DNA of 63,810 nt, counting the filler, from Choristocarpus tenellus KU-1152 (taxonomy: Eukaryota > Protista > Phaeophyceae): assembly GCA_964200185.2 (NCBI GenBank). It is 4 parts of 4 records of this genome, joined end to end, with 100 filler letters (N's around TTAATTAATTAA, not from the genome) between each part and the next. Parts side by side here need not be neighbours in the genome. Positions count along the whole stretch, not along the records: positions 40,800 to 63,810 come from CAXNAD020000271.1; 3 more parts are not named here. One strand, given 5' to 3'. The notes under the pieces are model-generated. The model did not search any database, was not told the origin of the DNA, and saw only the letters and a program-made list of their open reading frames with translations. A program made the translations under genes and the position numbers. This document shows positions 48,121 through 61,075 of this stretch, one piece after another (positions within the stretch are counted from its first letter, which is position 1; each line of letters begins with the position of its first letter).

Positions 48121-51090
48121 ATGGCGACCGACCAAGAGGAGAGACGTGAAATCGAGGCATACCTTGACCAACACAACCTCCAAGCTTTCTTGGGAGACGC
48201 GGTAAATGACGTGGTGAAAGAAAGAGCAGAAGACCCCCTCGTAAGCCTTGCCGATGCCTTGAGGGCGTCATCGAAGGCTGCACGACAGATTCTTAGAGTG
48301 GTAGCGAGGCAGGTTTTTAACACCGAGGCGCTTCCAGCGCTGGAAGTGGAAATCGCCACAAGTCTGGTGAGGGTATGGAGTGGAGGTCTGCAGTGTAATG
48401 TGGACAACCTCAACAGATAATTTTGGTATAGCCAACTAGTCCCAGGCAGGGTCAGCATTTTACGGACGAACGACTTGCACTTAGTAGTGGGGATATCCAA
48501 AGATCACAGCGTGTCATCCTAAAGCGGACACGACCGCCAATACAACTTCACTTTTAATGCCTGCTGCGCCTGCTTTAATTTCTCTGACCATGTATGTGCT
48601 GTAAGTTGAGGATTGTACGACTGAAAAATACTCTCCAATATTATTACATTACACTTAATAGTATACATAAACTATATCCACTCCCCCTGACCGTGTTGGC
48701 AGTTGTGTTGAGAATTTCTCTTGTTAGTCCTATCATATATCGGTATGCTTTATTCAATTGTTTTCCTCCCTCCTCCTATGTGTCTTTGTATCCCTCTGTG
48801 ATACTCAAGCTTGGTTGGTTGGGACTTTCGTTATTAAATGACGATGTTCTCTGTATGTTACTGTTGATCCTCCTTCCCAGTGAGTGGGTCCTGTCTGAGG
48901 GTGTGAACCAACTATTGATTATGATGTTTGCCGTATGTCAATAGTATTATTTTTCCCTTGGTTTTTATGCGCCTTAGTTTTTAACTTCTTCCATTTGCCT
49001 TGATGTTTGTATTATTGTATGTTCTTCCTTTCTTTGTACAAGTACTACATACTATAGGTCTTTCAGTGTTTTCTCTCTGACGACAAGCAAAGTTGAAAAT
49101 AGGACCTTTCGAGCAGGCAAGCCGCCTGCTAATGAACTAAATTCCCGATTTTTTCCGAGAAATAAGATGTCAGCAGCAGTATGGCGTTAAGAAAGTTACC
49201 TCTAATAGCATACGTGAATATATATCATTGTTTCCTCCCTGACACATCTGCTAAATGACAGAGGGCATAACAATAAGAATACATTGACTGTACCATCAAC
49301 GGTTTCTTGTGCAGTCATACCGAATCATTGACTAAACCTCAACCCTATCATAAATGCTACCACAAGAGTGATTAGACCGGAGTATAAATAAATATATGAT
49401 AATAATGATAATAAAGTAGTAATATCTATCTAACATAAACGGCAGGGTTGCACCACCACTGCACATAATCTCTCCAACACTTAACTGCATCATCACCCTC
49501 TACATTAATTCATGCTAGCTAAATAATTTGATCTTCATGCAAAACCATGCTGTCAAGGGTATCTTCAGAGCAGCTGTAAGTTCGGGTCCGTTTGATGGTA
49601 TTGAGACAAACCATGAGGGAAAGGGTATGCTGCAGGCAGTTGAATGTGTTCACACAGTGCTTGCTGAAAAGCTGGTAGGGAAGGACCCCACCCAGCAGGG
49701 TTTGTTGGACCAGCTTCTACTGCAGGAGCCTGGCACACCTGCAAATGCTGTGTTGGCCACATCAATGGCATGCTGCAAGGCAGGCGCCAAGCACTGTGGG
49801 GTGGAGGTCTTTGATCATATATCATTGCTCGCAAACATTTCTGAGGGTGGTGTTGCCTTGCCGGTAGTCAGCATAATAAACGGGGGTGAGCTGGCTCCTG
49901 GTAACCTATGGGTACAGGTGAGATTGTGAAATCTAGGCATACACACATGCAGTCACTTTCATTTCATCAAAGGCAAATGGAGCACACCAACACCAAACAA
50001 GCTTATCGATCATAGGACTCACTCTTCCAAACCATTTATTTCTTTTTCACCGAAGGTTTGAGTCTACACTATGGGACGAGTTAGGCAAACTAACCCTAAC
50101 CCTTCAACATTTTTCAATCATGCCTTCACATCTCAGGATATCCTCCTTGTGCCAATCAAGGCAACATCAACACTGTCCTGCTTGAACATGTTCAGCAAAG
50201 TGCACCGGACCATAGCTAAAGTTGCACAAGAGGAGGGCCAAACACTCAACCGCGGGCCACGAGGAGGGTTTAGCAGCAGTAATGGTAGTTTCGATGACCT
50301 CGTAGAGTGTGTCCTCACAGCAATCACAAACAGTGGCTTTAAAGGACAATTGGGTCTTGCAATAGATGTCCATGCATCCCGTCTAGTCACCAATGCCACT
50401 GACAATACAACACAACATGATGGTCAATTCTATGACCTATCAAAGTTCAATCCCACCAAGCCTGCTACTACTACAACTGCAAGTGACTTGATGGACACAT
50501 ACATAGAATGGTTAAGGAAATACCCTATTGTGACAATTGTGGAGCCTTTTGCGGCTATACATTCACAAGCTGCCAAAGATCTACTTGCCAAGGGTCAAGA
50601 GCAATTGAGAGAACAGCTAAGAGAAGCTCAAGTCAGCGCAGAGGATGGCAAAGGTACAACAGATTTGACACCAGAGGAAGTACCTAAGGGTGCATGTAAT
50701 GCATGTGGATTAGGTGGGGACCCCACATGCTTTCTCCAGGTTGTAGCTGATGCTGGTGTGAAAAGCATTGGTGACATCAATCTTGCCAACGATCAACGCA
50801 TTGCAAACACCCTCCTTCTGACAATCAGAAAAGGCTTAACAGTCTCAGGCTGTATAGCACTTGCTGCCAAGGCCCGGGATCTAGGGTGGGGAGTTGTTGT
50901 TGCTGGTACAGATCACATGGAAAAAACTCATGATACTTTTGTGGCAGATTTGGCTACAGGATTAAAGGCGGGCCAAGTGCACCTTGGTGGAATGGGGTCT
51001 GCAGCAGCACTCATGACATGCTGCCAAATGATGAGGGGAGAGGAAAACGGTGTAATGTATCTCGGAAAAACATTTCGGTCATGTGGATGA
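48121..51090 (+). CDS. Enolase-like protein (~519 aa), probably catalytically inactive, with N-terminal RIIa/Dpy-30-like docking domain. Exons 48121-48366, 49558-49917, 50137-51090
   Basis: VARQVFNTEALPALEVEI, GIFRAAV, GKGMLQAV, PANAVLATSMACCKAGA, LPVVSIINGG and DTFVADLATGL are enolase-fold motifs; N-terminus YLDQHNLQAFLGDAVNDVVKERAEDPLVSLADAL. Confidence 0.85.
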
Positions 51091-51597
51091 GTCACAAACC
51101 ATGAAACACTTTTCATGGTCAAATGTATCCCCAACAACAAATTTCTCTACTAGAGCACAACAGAAAAGCACAAGTAATCTCATCTCACCCTACAAGGACA
51201 GAGACTGATAGCACAGACTTGAACCTTGATATAGGTCAGATGGCAATAGTTGTCAAAGTGACTTTATCTATCCGTGGCATTCAACTGAACCATAGATTCC
51301 GTGTAGGGCTCTCCAGTCAAGGACATGTACCTAGAAGTTACCCCATAGTGTCAAATATGATCAAAGGTGATCCACCCGAGGGAATCAGCATAATATAGTC
51401 TCAATAAGGGACAAACCAACCTCACCCAGTGGAACATGAAAATTCTACATAACTGCACACCACTACACTGTAAAAGTTACAGGTATCTAGCACATTTTCA
51501 CTATATCCTTGACTTATCATACTGTAATGCTCTAAGGTCAATACTAGGGGGAAATATCTCTAACGCTGACAAAAATCACTGCCCTATCCACTGAGCA

Positions 51598-54500
51598 TCA
51601 AACAGGCCGAACAAAACGGACCTGTATTTCAACTGGTACAGTCTTTTTGGAACTGCAATGGACCATAATCTTGGTAAGAACCTTCACTGATAATGTAGTC
51701 CACTTGTGAGTACTTTGCGAGCTTGCCTGTAGCTCAAGAGTTTCTTCCACGTGGTTGAATCTTGACATTGAATTTATACCCTCAATCATGTCAAGGTGCA
51801 GTCGAGAGGAGATACCCAGAGATGTGACAAGCACAGTGAAAGACATTTGACCTGTTAATACAACAAATGTGATGCGTGATGGATACGTGTTTTGGAATTG
51901 TCAGATCCTCCTTTGCACGGAATTAAAAACAAAAAAAAATGTGAAATGTCATCACTCATGTGCAATGCACATTGTGTCGTGATGAAAGAGAACATGACAC
52001 ACCAACGAAGATGACAATATGCCAATATAACCTATAATCATCACCCCCACTCACCCACAGATGTAACCACTGCCTCCCTCTCTAGAGGACACCCTTGAAG
52101 GTAGACAGCCAAAAACACCTTAGAGCAAAGACAAAATTAACAGAAATTAATCAGTCACTTAGATCATTTTTGAGAAACCTTCTACTTTCACCATGCCTTG
52201 AATCAGCTGGTTAGCAAGTGCTACATCTCCACCTATTAGGTGATCCCAACAATGGAAAGTCATCCTCTCAAAAGCCACAGGGTACTCTATTATACATGGC
52301 AGGCGATACATACAAAATACAAGTACATTGTGCACCTAAATTGGTCGATGAACCAGCACCTTCAAGCTTTTGCGTGGAACACAGATGACAGATAATGACA
52401 TGCAAGGTTTTTTATTTTTTATGTGAGTGCAGTATGTGAGTGCCACACTGCAGTCACATACTCTAGTCACATACTCACCTCATCGCTTCGCTCTTGGGCT
52501 TTCTTAGCATCTAGTCGCTTCATATTGCAATAATGAGCTGTTTGCGCTAACTGCTCAACACTATATGGGTGACTCATGGCGTCACCTCCCTCCAGTGTTG
52601 CAGAGAGTAGTCTATGTACTATAACATCTGCATAGCGCCTAATAGGGCTTGTGAAGTGTGTGTAGTACGGGATATTCAATGCATAGTGACACCACACTTC
52701 TTGACTCTCACATCCAGCTGCAAAATAGAATGCAGGCTGCATAGGGCCGGTGACCATTGAGGTCACCGCCTGGCAAGGGGTTGAGTACATGGGGACAGAG
52801 GGAGGTAAAAATGAATCTATGATTCACTAGCCAAACAGTGCCGGTGAATAAAAAATAAGGTTAGCGTTATCACCAATGAACTCCACTTTGGAGCATGTAG
52901 AATAGATTGAGTATTCTATTGGAGATGAGACAGACAACAGCATGACACCATGCCCACAGCTTGGCATGATAGTCAGGCACTATCACAAGAGTTAGTGTAG
53001 CTGACACACATAGTAACAAGTTAAAATTTCAAACATCAGAACAAAACCTTTATGGTACTTTGAAGTGGGTGGTCAACGGAGATAAGTTGCAGATTGATGT
53101 AAATGTCTTGCCTACTAACAAGACTTGGAGGTTCACTAGAGTCAGGCATAGAAGTGAATGACAACACTATATGGTATCTTCACAGTAATTTTCCTACATA
53201 ATACATTTCTTATCTCTTCCTCTTTTTATCCTATCTGTTTCATTCCACAAAGAATTAACACAAGTCACACATTATGATAAATCCTTCAAACTGTTGCAAC
53301 AGGGCAGTATTTTATAGCAGAAAACATCATACACACCCCAAAGCAACTGTAGGAAAGTCCACCATGTATGACAGTAAGACTATCAACAGCAGAGTGGCGC
53401 ACAACTAAAAAGTGTACGGTATACTTTACATCAAACACTAAGGACAAAGGAATGCACACAGACCTCTAGTAGATCACAGTTATGGCTGCACAACTAAAAA
53501 GTGTATGGTATACTTTACATCAAACACTAAGGACAAAGGAATGCACACAGACCTCTAGTAGATCACAGCTATGGCTGTGCCAATACCAATACCAATACCA
53601 TGCACACCACAACATAGAATCTGGGTTACATATCACTGCAACAAGAGGATGAGGTCAGACCACCTGCAACAGACACTACAGCTAACTCACTCCAAGACCG
53701 GACAAAGCACTATCACACCCCTCTTACATCACATCTTACAGTGTCCTACTAATGATAATTAGTAATTAGAAATAGTTAAAATAGAAATATCACAAAGATT
53801 TTGGAATATTTTCTGGAATTTCTCGAGATAGACAACAAAATGAACAAATTGAACAAATTGGAACTTGAAGGGGGCAAGCCTGGTCTCATGAACTTGGTTT
53901 GGCGTCTGAAATCCACATGGAATCAAAGATACAGACCAACTTAGACCTCATTTGGAAAAAATGCTCCAGTCCCTCAAACTAAAGTGGAGACATCCAAAAC
54001 ATTGTAAAATACGGTACAGGTCTATTCATCCCATGAGATAGATGTACATAAAATATAACTAAAATAGGCATGAAATAGACATGAAATGAAAGCTGACATC
54101 CTAATGCATCAATCAAGCTACAGGAGCACCTTTGATTCACAAAACAGCATGCAATAGGGTGTACAATCTCAACAAGGGGAGCATTTCTTCTTATTGTTTA
54201 TTGGGGGTATCCTTCTTGTTTTCATGTGTTAGGGTTAGGGTTTTGCCTGTTTATCCCAAGAAAGCAATCTCAGTTGAATGCTGATTTACTCGATACTCAT
54301 AGGACACGCTCTTGTTGGTTCAAATAAATGTGGTTGTAAAATGCAGAGCCTTGCAACTGATGGCAAAGGATTCAATATGTACATGGCAACAGTACCTAGA
54401 CCCCTCAATGACAGTTACACCCCAAACTTTGTCTTTACCCAGATCAACAAAACCTGACAGAAGATCATTATATTCCAACAAGTGTTGTGTATTGGTGAAG

Positions 54501-57500
54501 AGTTCCATGTCATTGAGGTTCGATGGAAGTAGCTTGCACCTCTTATCAGAGTCCACTTCAACAATCCCCCTCCCAGACCCACAGGTGCAAAAGATATCCC
54601 CTTATCTTTCAAAGTTTCCACAATTTGAAAAACCTTGTTATACCCCACTCCCACCCAAGTTTAGACCATCACATGGCTGTTGATAACAAACTGGTAGCAC
54701 AGGATCAGCTGTACACATGCCTGCCCCTCAGAAAGCAACCTTGACTGACCAACTTAAGTCTCTCTCCATTTGCTCTTTCACATCACCTCCCTAACCTCTT
54801 GAGTACTACACCTGGCAGCATTCAAGTCTCACTTCCTGGTCACTGCAGACATGTGGGCCCTTGCCTCATCTTCGACTGGCCTCCCCCTCCCCCTGCCCCG
54901 CTTGTTTTGCGATGTCCTCTTGTTTGCAGGCACCTCTAAGGCTATCCCTATTTGTTGGCATTTTTTTTCTCTTATTCCTCATCCAGAGCCCCCCTGATAG
55001 GGGCACCAATAACTAGAGATTGGTTTGGAGTGTTCAACATAACCCTTAACAGGTTTCTTCGCCTAGTCCTCCTCTTTCTCTCTCTATCTTTCTCTCTCTC
55101 TCTCTCTCTCTCTGTAGACATAGGTGTCAAGTAATACACCAACTTGTCAAGAGTACATACCAAATATAGAGTGAGCAAACTGTAATTAGACCTCACCTAT
55201 GAGACAAAAATTCGCAAAAAACACAAATAAAAAATAGCTAGAAAGTGGGATAAAAATCTTGATTATTACTTCCCTCCTTAATAGCAGAGGCACTAGTTAA
55301 TAGTAAGCCACATAGGAGTCATCACAACCCACATGGTGGACTCCACAGCCTGCGTACTATATTGTCTAGAATGAAAAGATGCACCAATCTTTGTTGAATG
55401 AAACCTCTCAAAATGGGGCACTCTTTGGACTGGTCTAATACTATATAATATGGAAACCACTCCTGTGACCTAGCATTAATAGTAGCAATTTCAATTTCTT
55501 AGAAATCCAGCAAATACATACATCCTTTATTTGGTGTTTCTCTCTTCTCTCCAAGACAGTCAGTGCGATAAAAAGATGAGAATAAGTAAAATAAAAATAA
55601 TATCAAAATAATAGTCATGTCATACCATACCATACCATACCATACCATACCACAGACTATGCACAGCAACCCAACACCCCCCAAAGAAATTGACCATAGT
55701 GACAACACTGATGAAATAATAATAATGATAATAATAACAATAACAATAACAATAACACTGGTATGTCCAATGTGACACCAAGTAGAAGAGTATCTACTCA
55801 CATAATCCACTATCTACAAGATTGTGCCTCCCAAGTGATGTCTTGTATTTAAATTTAAATTTAAATGTATGAGAACAACAATGAAACACCCAACTCACCT
55901 CAGAAGAGCTAGGGTCGTTCAGCATAGCACTGACTTTAATCATTGACTGTTGGATAGCTCCAGATGACTCAGTATGCAAGATCACCCCACATTTCATCAG
56001 GCTTTCCTTCACCTCATCCATAACTGTCATATCAGATCAACCACAGGCAACAACATCACACACAACACACACAAAATTCAACTGCATTCCACAGTGTCCC
56101 CAAAATTCCACACATTTCATTTTGTTACTATCCAGTTACTTATTGCAGATTTGGTAAGAGTAAAAATATTTACTGCTTGCAGCACACACCACCTATCACC
56201 ACTTATTGCCACTTGTCAAATTGAAGCACCAGAGTCCCAAAAAATTCCCATACCTCATTACTTATTATTATTATAATGTAACAAGAAGATGAACAATACA
56301 AATATGTACTTCATCAAAACACCTTCCTACTATAGCCACAATGCACAGCACCAGTCTTGTCACTCAACATATTATATTCTTGGTTGCATATATTATAATC
56401 TATAGCATTATCATATTATTAAGAGCAGAGGTATTTGCGAGCTCATACTGGCACCTAACATACCCCAGATGACTATTGGCATTTGTCATCTCATCTTGGT
56501 TGGCATAACCTTGCCACTGCTCTCTGCATTCCTTTGATATTTCCTTCCTGATATGTTCATCCCAATGTACTCTACAAATAACCATGTTCTAAAATATGGG
56601 ATTCAATATCAATGTCAATATTAATGTCAATATCAATGTCAATATCAATGTCAATATTAATGTCAATATCAATGTCAATATCAATGTCAATATTAATGTC
56701 AATATTAATGTCAATATCAATGTCAATATTAATGTCAATATCAATGTCAATATCAATGTCAATATTAATGTCAATATTAATGTCAATATCAATGTCAATA
56801 TTAATGTCAATATTAATGTCAATATCAAAGTCAATATCAATGTCAATATTAATGTCAATATCAATGTCAATATTATTGTCAATATTAATGTCAATATCAA
56901 GTCAATATCAATGTCAATATTAATGTCCACACCTCGGCGTATCGGCTCCGGATGACCTCTCAGCAATGCCTGACCACCTCCATGTACAAGAAGCTGCCAA
57001 GACAAGACAAGACAAGTCAAGCCAAGCCAAGCAGAGAGCAATCAAAGAACAATAGAGAGTGATTGCATAACAACAGGCAAAATGTCGACATCTTGATGAC
57101 CAATATCGCTGAATCTCTCAAAAAAATTAAAGGCATCTCATTTCTTCACCTGTTGTGCAACAAGGTAATTGGCCAGGAGCATGTATTCCTCCACAAGTTC
57201 ATTGCTGTCTCTTCTTGGGTATGAACCAAACTCCACCGGGTTCCCATTAACATCAAGTTGGAAGTGTAGCTTGACAGTGTTGAGAGATAATGCTCCACTC
57301 TCAAACCGTTTAGCCCTTCTCCTCTTGGCAACCTTATGCAAAAGGAGGACATCCTTGGCAACCTCGTCTACTCCAAAACCAACTGGCCTCCTGCCCAGAC
57401 ATGACAAGACATGCTTCAGTCTCAAATACACTTGCAGCTGAGGTTCATCACAGGATAATTGTATGTGATAATTGTGTGTGGTATGTGTGAGAGGACATTT

Positions 57501-60176
57501 TTTCAACTGACTGGCAACAATACTGGAAGAATGCAGTCACAATTAAGCTATATATGTCCCAATAGACAAGACATTTTTTAACAAACAATTCCCCTCCCCC
57601 CAAAAAACAAATATACGCAAATTCTACTCAGTGCAAAGGTCACCAATACACACAGTTATTGTTGCTCAGTGAAGGTCAGTATAGGCACACAAAAGAACAG
57701 AAAAATATACTTGTGGAAACTGCCAGCTACATCCACCAGCATATCACTCTTTAAATGTCGAACACGACCCTTGCGAATAAGAGATGCTACAATTCAAATT
57801 TTTCTCTAGGTGAAGGGGACACAACCACACAAACCCAAACCTTGAGGGATCCCACAGGTCTGCCGGTATAGAGTCTGGATGACCCAGTTGAATTTCTCCT
57901 GTGATCACTCGCTGCGCTGTTTGGTAATCCAATTTACAGCATGACCTGATCACTGTTCGCCCAAACCACACCGCCTCATCCAGCAGTGTGCCATCAGCAT
58001 GCATACGCCATACACACGAGAACGCTAGTCGGTCCACATTAGGGTTAAGGCTGCACAATTCCTCACAGAGCAACGGTGGAAACATGGGCACCACCTGGTC
58101 ACAAGCAACCATAAGAAATATTTTTGGATCTGTGAGTTCTTCCACCTTGGAGTTCTGAAAGAATTTCAAACAAAAAAAATGTGACAAAGCAATAAAAGCA
58201 ATAAAATAATGTGATGGTAGGTATTGAAGCGCGCTCTCTCTCTCTCCATCTCTCTGTCTCTCTCTCACCTGTTGTACTAGGTATACGGTTGTACCACGTC
58301 GCCTTGCCTCTCTGTCCAGATCAGAGTTCGGCGGGAAAAAGTAGCTTACATCAGCAATGTGCACTCCCACCTCCACTATTCCACCTTCAAGCTGTGTCAC
58401 ATGCAAAGCATCATCAAGATCTTTGGCACTGGTGGGATCAATCGTGAAAACCCGTGTTGTTCGCAGGTCTCGCCTCTTCAATATCTCCTCCTCTGGGATT
58501 TTCCATGGGGATCTCCTTGTGTTAACCCCAACATCATGCCGCCCCTCAAGCGACTGTGGCAAAAAAGCTCTCAGAGACCGCAGGACAGACTGTGGAAAAT
58601 CACCATGGTCAACACCAAATTGAGCAAGAAGTGCGTCTGTCTCCGGCCTTACCATGCCTGCCTCACCTATACACCGAACTGCTCCACCCCACGGAAGTTT
58701 GGATGAAGGCAACCACGTTGACTTCATCTGTGCAATGAAAATGCTATTGGCAAATGCTGCTGGGCACTTGAGGCAGTGTGGAGGCGTAGGTGGAAGGGTG
58801 ATTTGATTAGCTTCAATTAGCTTTGACTAGCTTCAAAGGCCGTGCTATTGGTTGCCTATGTTATCCAATGTGTTCCAAACCCAGTTTCCTTTAGATGAGC
58901 TCAGAGACCTGCAACGAGCGCTCAAGGGCTCACCTCTAAGAATTGCATGGGGCACTCTCCTCTGGCAATCAACATGTAAGGCACCCGCTTGTCCGCTGGG
59001 TGGAACATAAGGTAGGAGTCGCAGTTGGAAAGACGCCCTTCGGGAGTTAATGGGCTTGAAGGAACCAGTGTGCCCATGTGCTCCTTCTGTTGCAGAGAGA
59101 CGGGATGGAGTAATGTTGCGTGACAGTGTAGGTCAATAGCAAAATGTCTTTAGTTGCAGTATCTAGAACCTTTGCCAAGAAGAAGAAACCATCGATAAAC
59201 CAATACATAATCTCTCACAATCCATGGGTTCGCCTTCCATCACCATACCACTAGTTTGCCGGAACCACACATCGAAGTTTGAGAGAACGCTCAAGAGTGG
59301 TGGGAATGCGGCCCAAAAGACAGTGCGGTATACATACTCACGCGGTGCTTATCTTCGAGGATATACACAACTTTCCCACGCGGCTGCAGCCTGCTCTGCA
59401 GAGCAAGTCGTCCCTGCTCGCATAATGTATCGGTTGGGCGTTTCTTGTCTTCTCTGCTCGCGTTGAGCTGCAGCTGTGGTCGCCAGAGGTCTCTTGCAGT
59501 GGCAAGCGAATCCGAAGAGCATCCAGTCGATTTAAGGGGTTCATGGAGACCACCTTCCCTTACGCATATGAGGTCATCTAAATCCAATTTTTCCATAGCA
59601 TCTTCTAGAGTAGTAGATGACTGTCCGACAGGCGGCTTGATGGACACCCACTCAGTCTCTGGAAGAAGCTGAAGCACAACCTAACAAGGATTGACGACAA
59701 CGGGCAATTTGGACATCAGATGATTGACCTTCCTGTTCAAGAGCCGGAAGGATTGAATCTTCATCATATCTACAACCTAGACGTGCAATTACCGTATCTC
59801 CCTCCTGTGATCTGTTCCGCGCCTTCTCGTTTTCGAGGAACACGTCGCACGGGAATAGTCCCCCCATCACAGTGACAAAGGCGGTCGATCGGCGTTTGGC
59901 GTTTATTCGAAGGGTGCCCTTGAAAAGAGTATGCGCTTCCAACCCACCTTCGACTTCCTGGGCAAAAATGTGCAATCAAAATGAGTTGAGTGTTGGTGGG
60001 CTGAATGGGATAAACCAGTGTCGGATGAGGTGAAGTTGAATGGGGGGAGGGGGTTGTCAGCCCACCTCCAGAGTGATGTAGTCTGGATACACGCGCCGTC
60101 TGTTCTCTATCTTGTATCCTGTTCCCCCACTTGAACCTCTCCCGCGTCTTCTTCTTCCCCCTCCCCTTTGCATCAT
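51598..60176 (-). CDS. DIS3L2: DIS3-like exoribonuclease 2 (RNase II/RNB family). Exons 60176-60066, 59957-59793, 59680-59342, 59086-58934, 58766-58269, 58094-57841, 57390-57150, 56993-56933, 56023-55899, 52769-52479, 52118-52055, 51851-51598
   Basis: [10 protein letters not shown]...GTLRIN (CSD1), catalytic [68 protein letters not shown]; no PIN domain; the start could lie further upstream. Confidence 0.92.
53399..53577. repeat. Intronic tandem duplication, ~89 bp x2
   Basis: CACAACTAAAAAGTGTA.GGTATACTTTACATC...AGATCACAG.TATGGCT occurs twice. Confidence 0.9.
56604..56927. repeat. 12-bp minisatellite (AATATYAATGTC)n, about 27 copies, in a DIS3L2 intron
   Basis: Direct reading; begins a few bp after the donor at 56932. 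Confidence 0.95.
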
Positions 60177-61030
60177 GAAAACTTGAGAACCCCAACTTGA
60201 CCTATAGATATGTAAGGTAAAGTTATATTGTGCGATTACGATCTTAGCTGCTTGGGAAAATTTTCCTGTGGCATCCAGTAGTACTACAGAGCGACATGAA
60301 CTACTAAAAACACAAAACTAGAAAAAGGATTTGACATTTTCTCGTAATAATAGCCTGAGTTGCGACCAACACCATGGCGACGAAGAATCAAAAGTTGATT
60401 GATGGAAAAGTTTATTGATCACATCCTCAAAACGAAAGAAAATAACCGACCAGTTGTCAAATAGAGAGGAAAGGAACCTATATTATACACCATACATTCG
60501 AACTGAACGGTCACAAAGGAAATGACTAAGAGAGAAAAAGGGAAAGGTTGTGAGGTTGTCTCAGTTTTGTGAGGGTGACAATTCGGAGTGGTAGATAAAC
60601 ATGGAGTAGTAGTTAGGTAACTACTGTTGGGAGGAGAAGAAGAAAAAGATAAGAGGGTAGATGGAAGTTAAAGAGTGGATGGTTGGGAGGGAGACAGTTT
60701 AATCGAGAAGTGAATAGGGAGCGAGTGGCAGGAAGATAAGGGAAGTAAGGAGGGGTGGGGCAGAATGAAAGGTAAAGGGCAAAGACGGTGTAAGGAGGAC
60801 AAGAAGGGACGGGGTGAAGTCAACCTATGAGCAGTCTTCGCCACCCGTCCACCCGATTGATTGATCACGATTGAGTAGGTTGTTTGTGGGGGGGGGGGAG
60901 GTTAAGGTCAGGCTGGTAGATGACTTCTAACCCAAACCCAAAGGAATGGTATTGGCGTGGATGGTTGGGGGGTATTCTTGGATTAATGTGGAGTGTTGTG
61001 GGATGGTGTAAGGTAGTACAAAGTGGTGTG

Positions 61031-61075
61031 GTGTTGTGGAGAGTGTTGTGGAGAGTGTTGTGGAGAGTGTTGTGG
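61031..61075. repeat. (GTGTTGTGGAGA)n 12-bp repeat
   Basis: About 4 units. Confidence 0.85.

Noticed and set aside
54312-55060. Possible nested gene in the large DIS3L2 intron
   Set aside because: Fragmented ORFs without recognisable domains; more likely a decayed insertion
56589-57041. Low-complexity ORFs (LILT, INVN and MSI repeats)
   Set aside because: By-products of the 12-bp minisatellite; only 56993-56933 is a real exon
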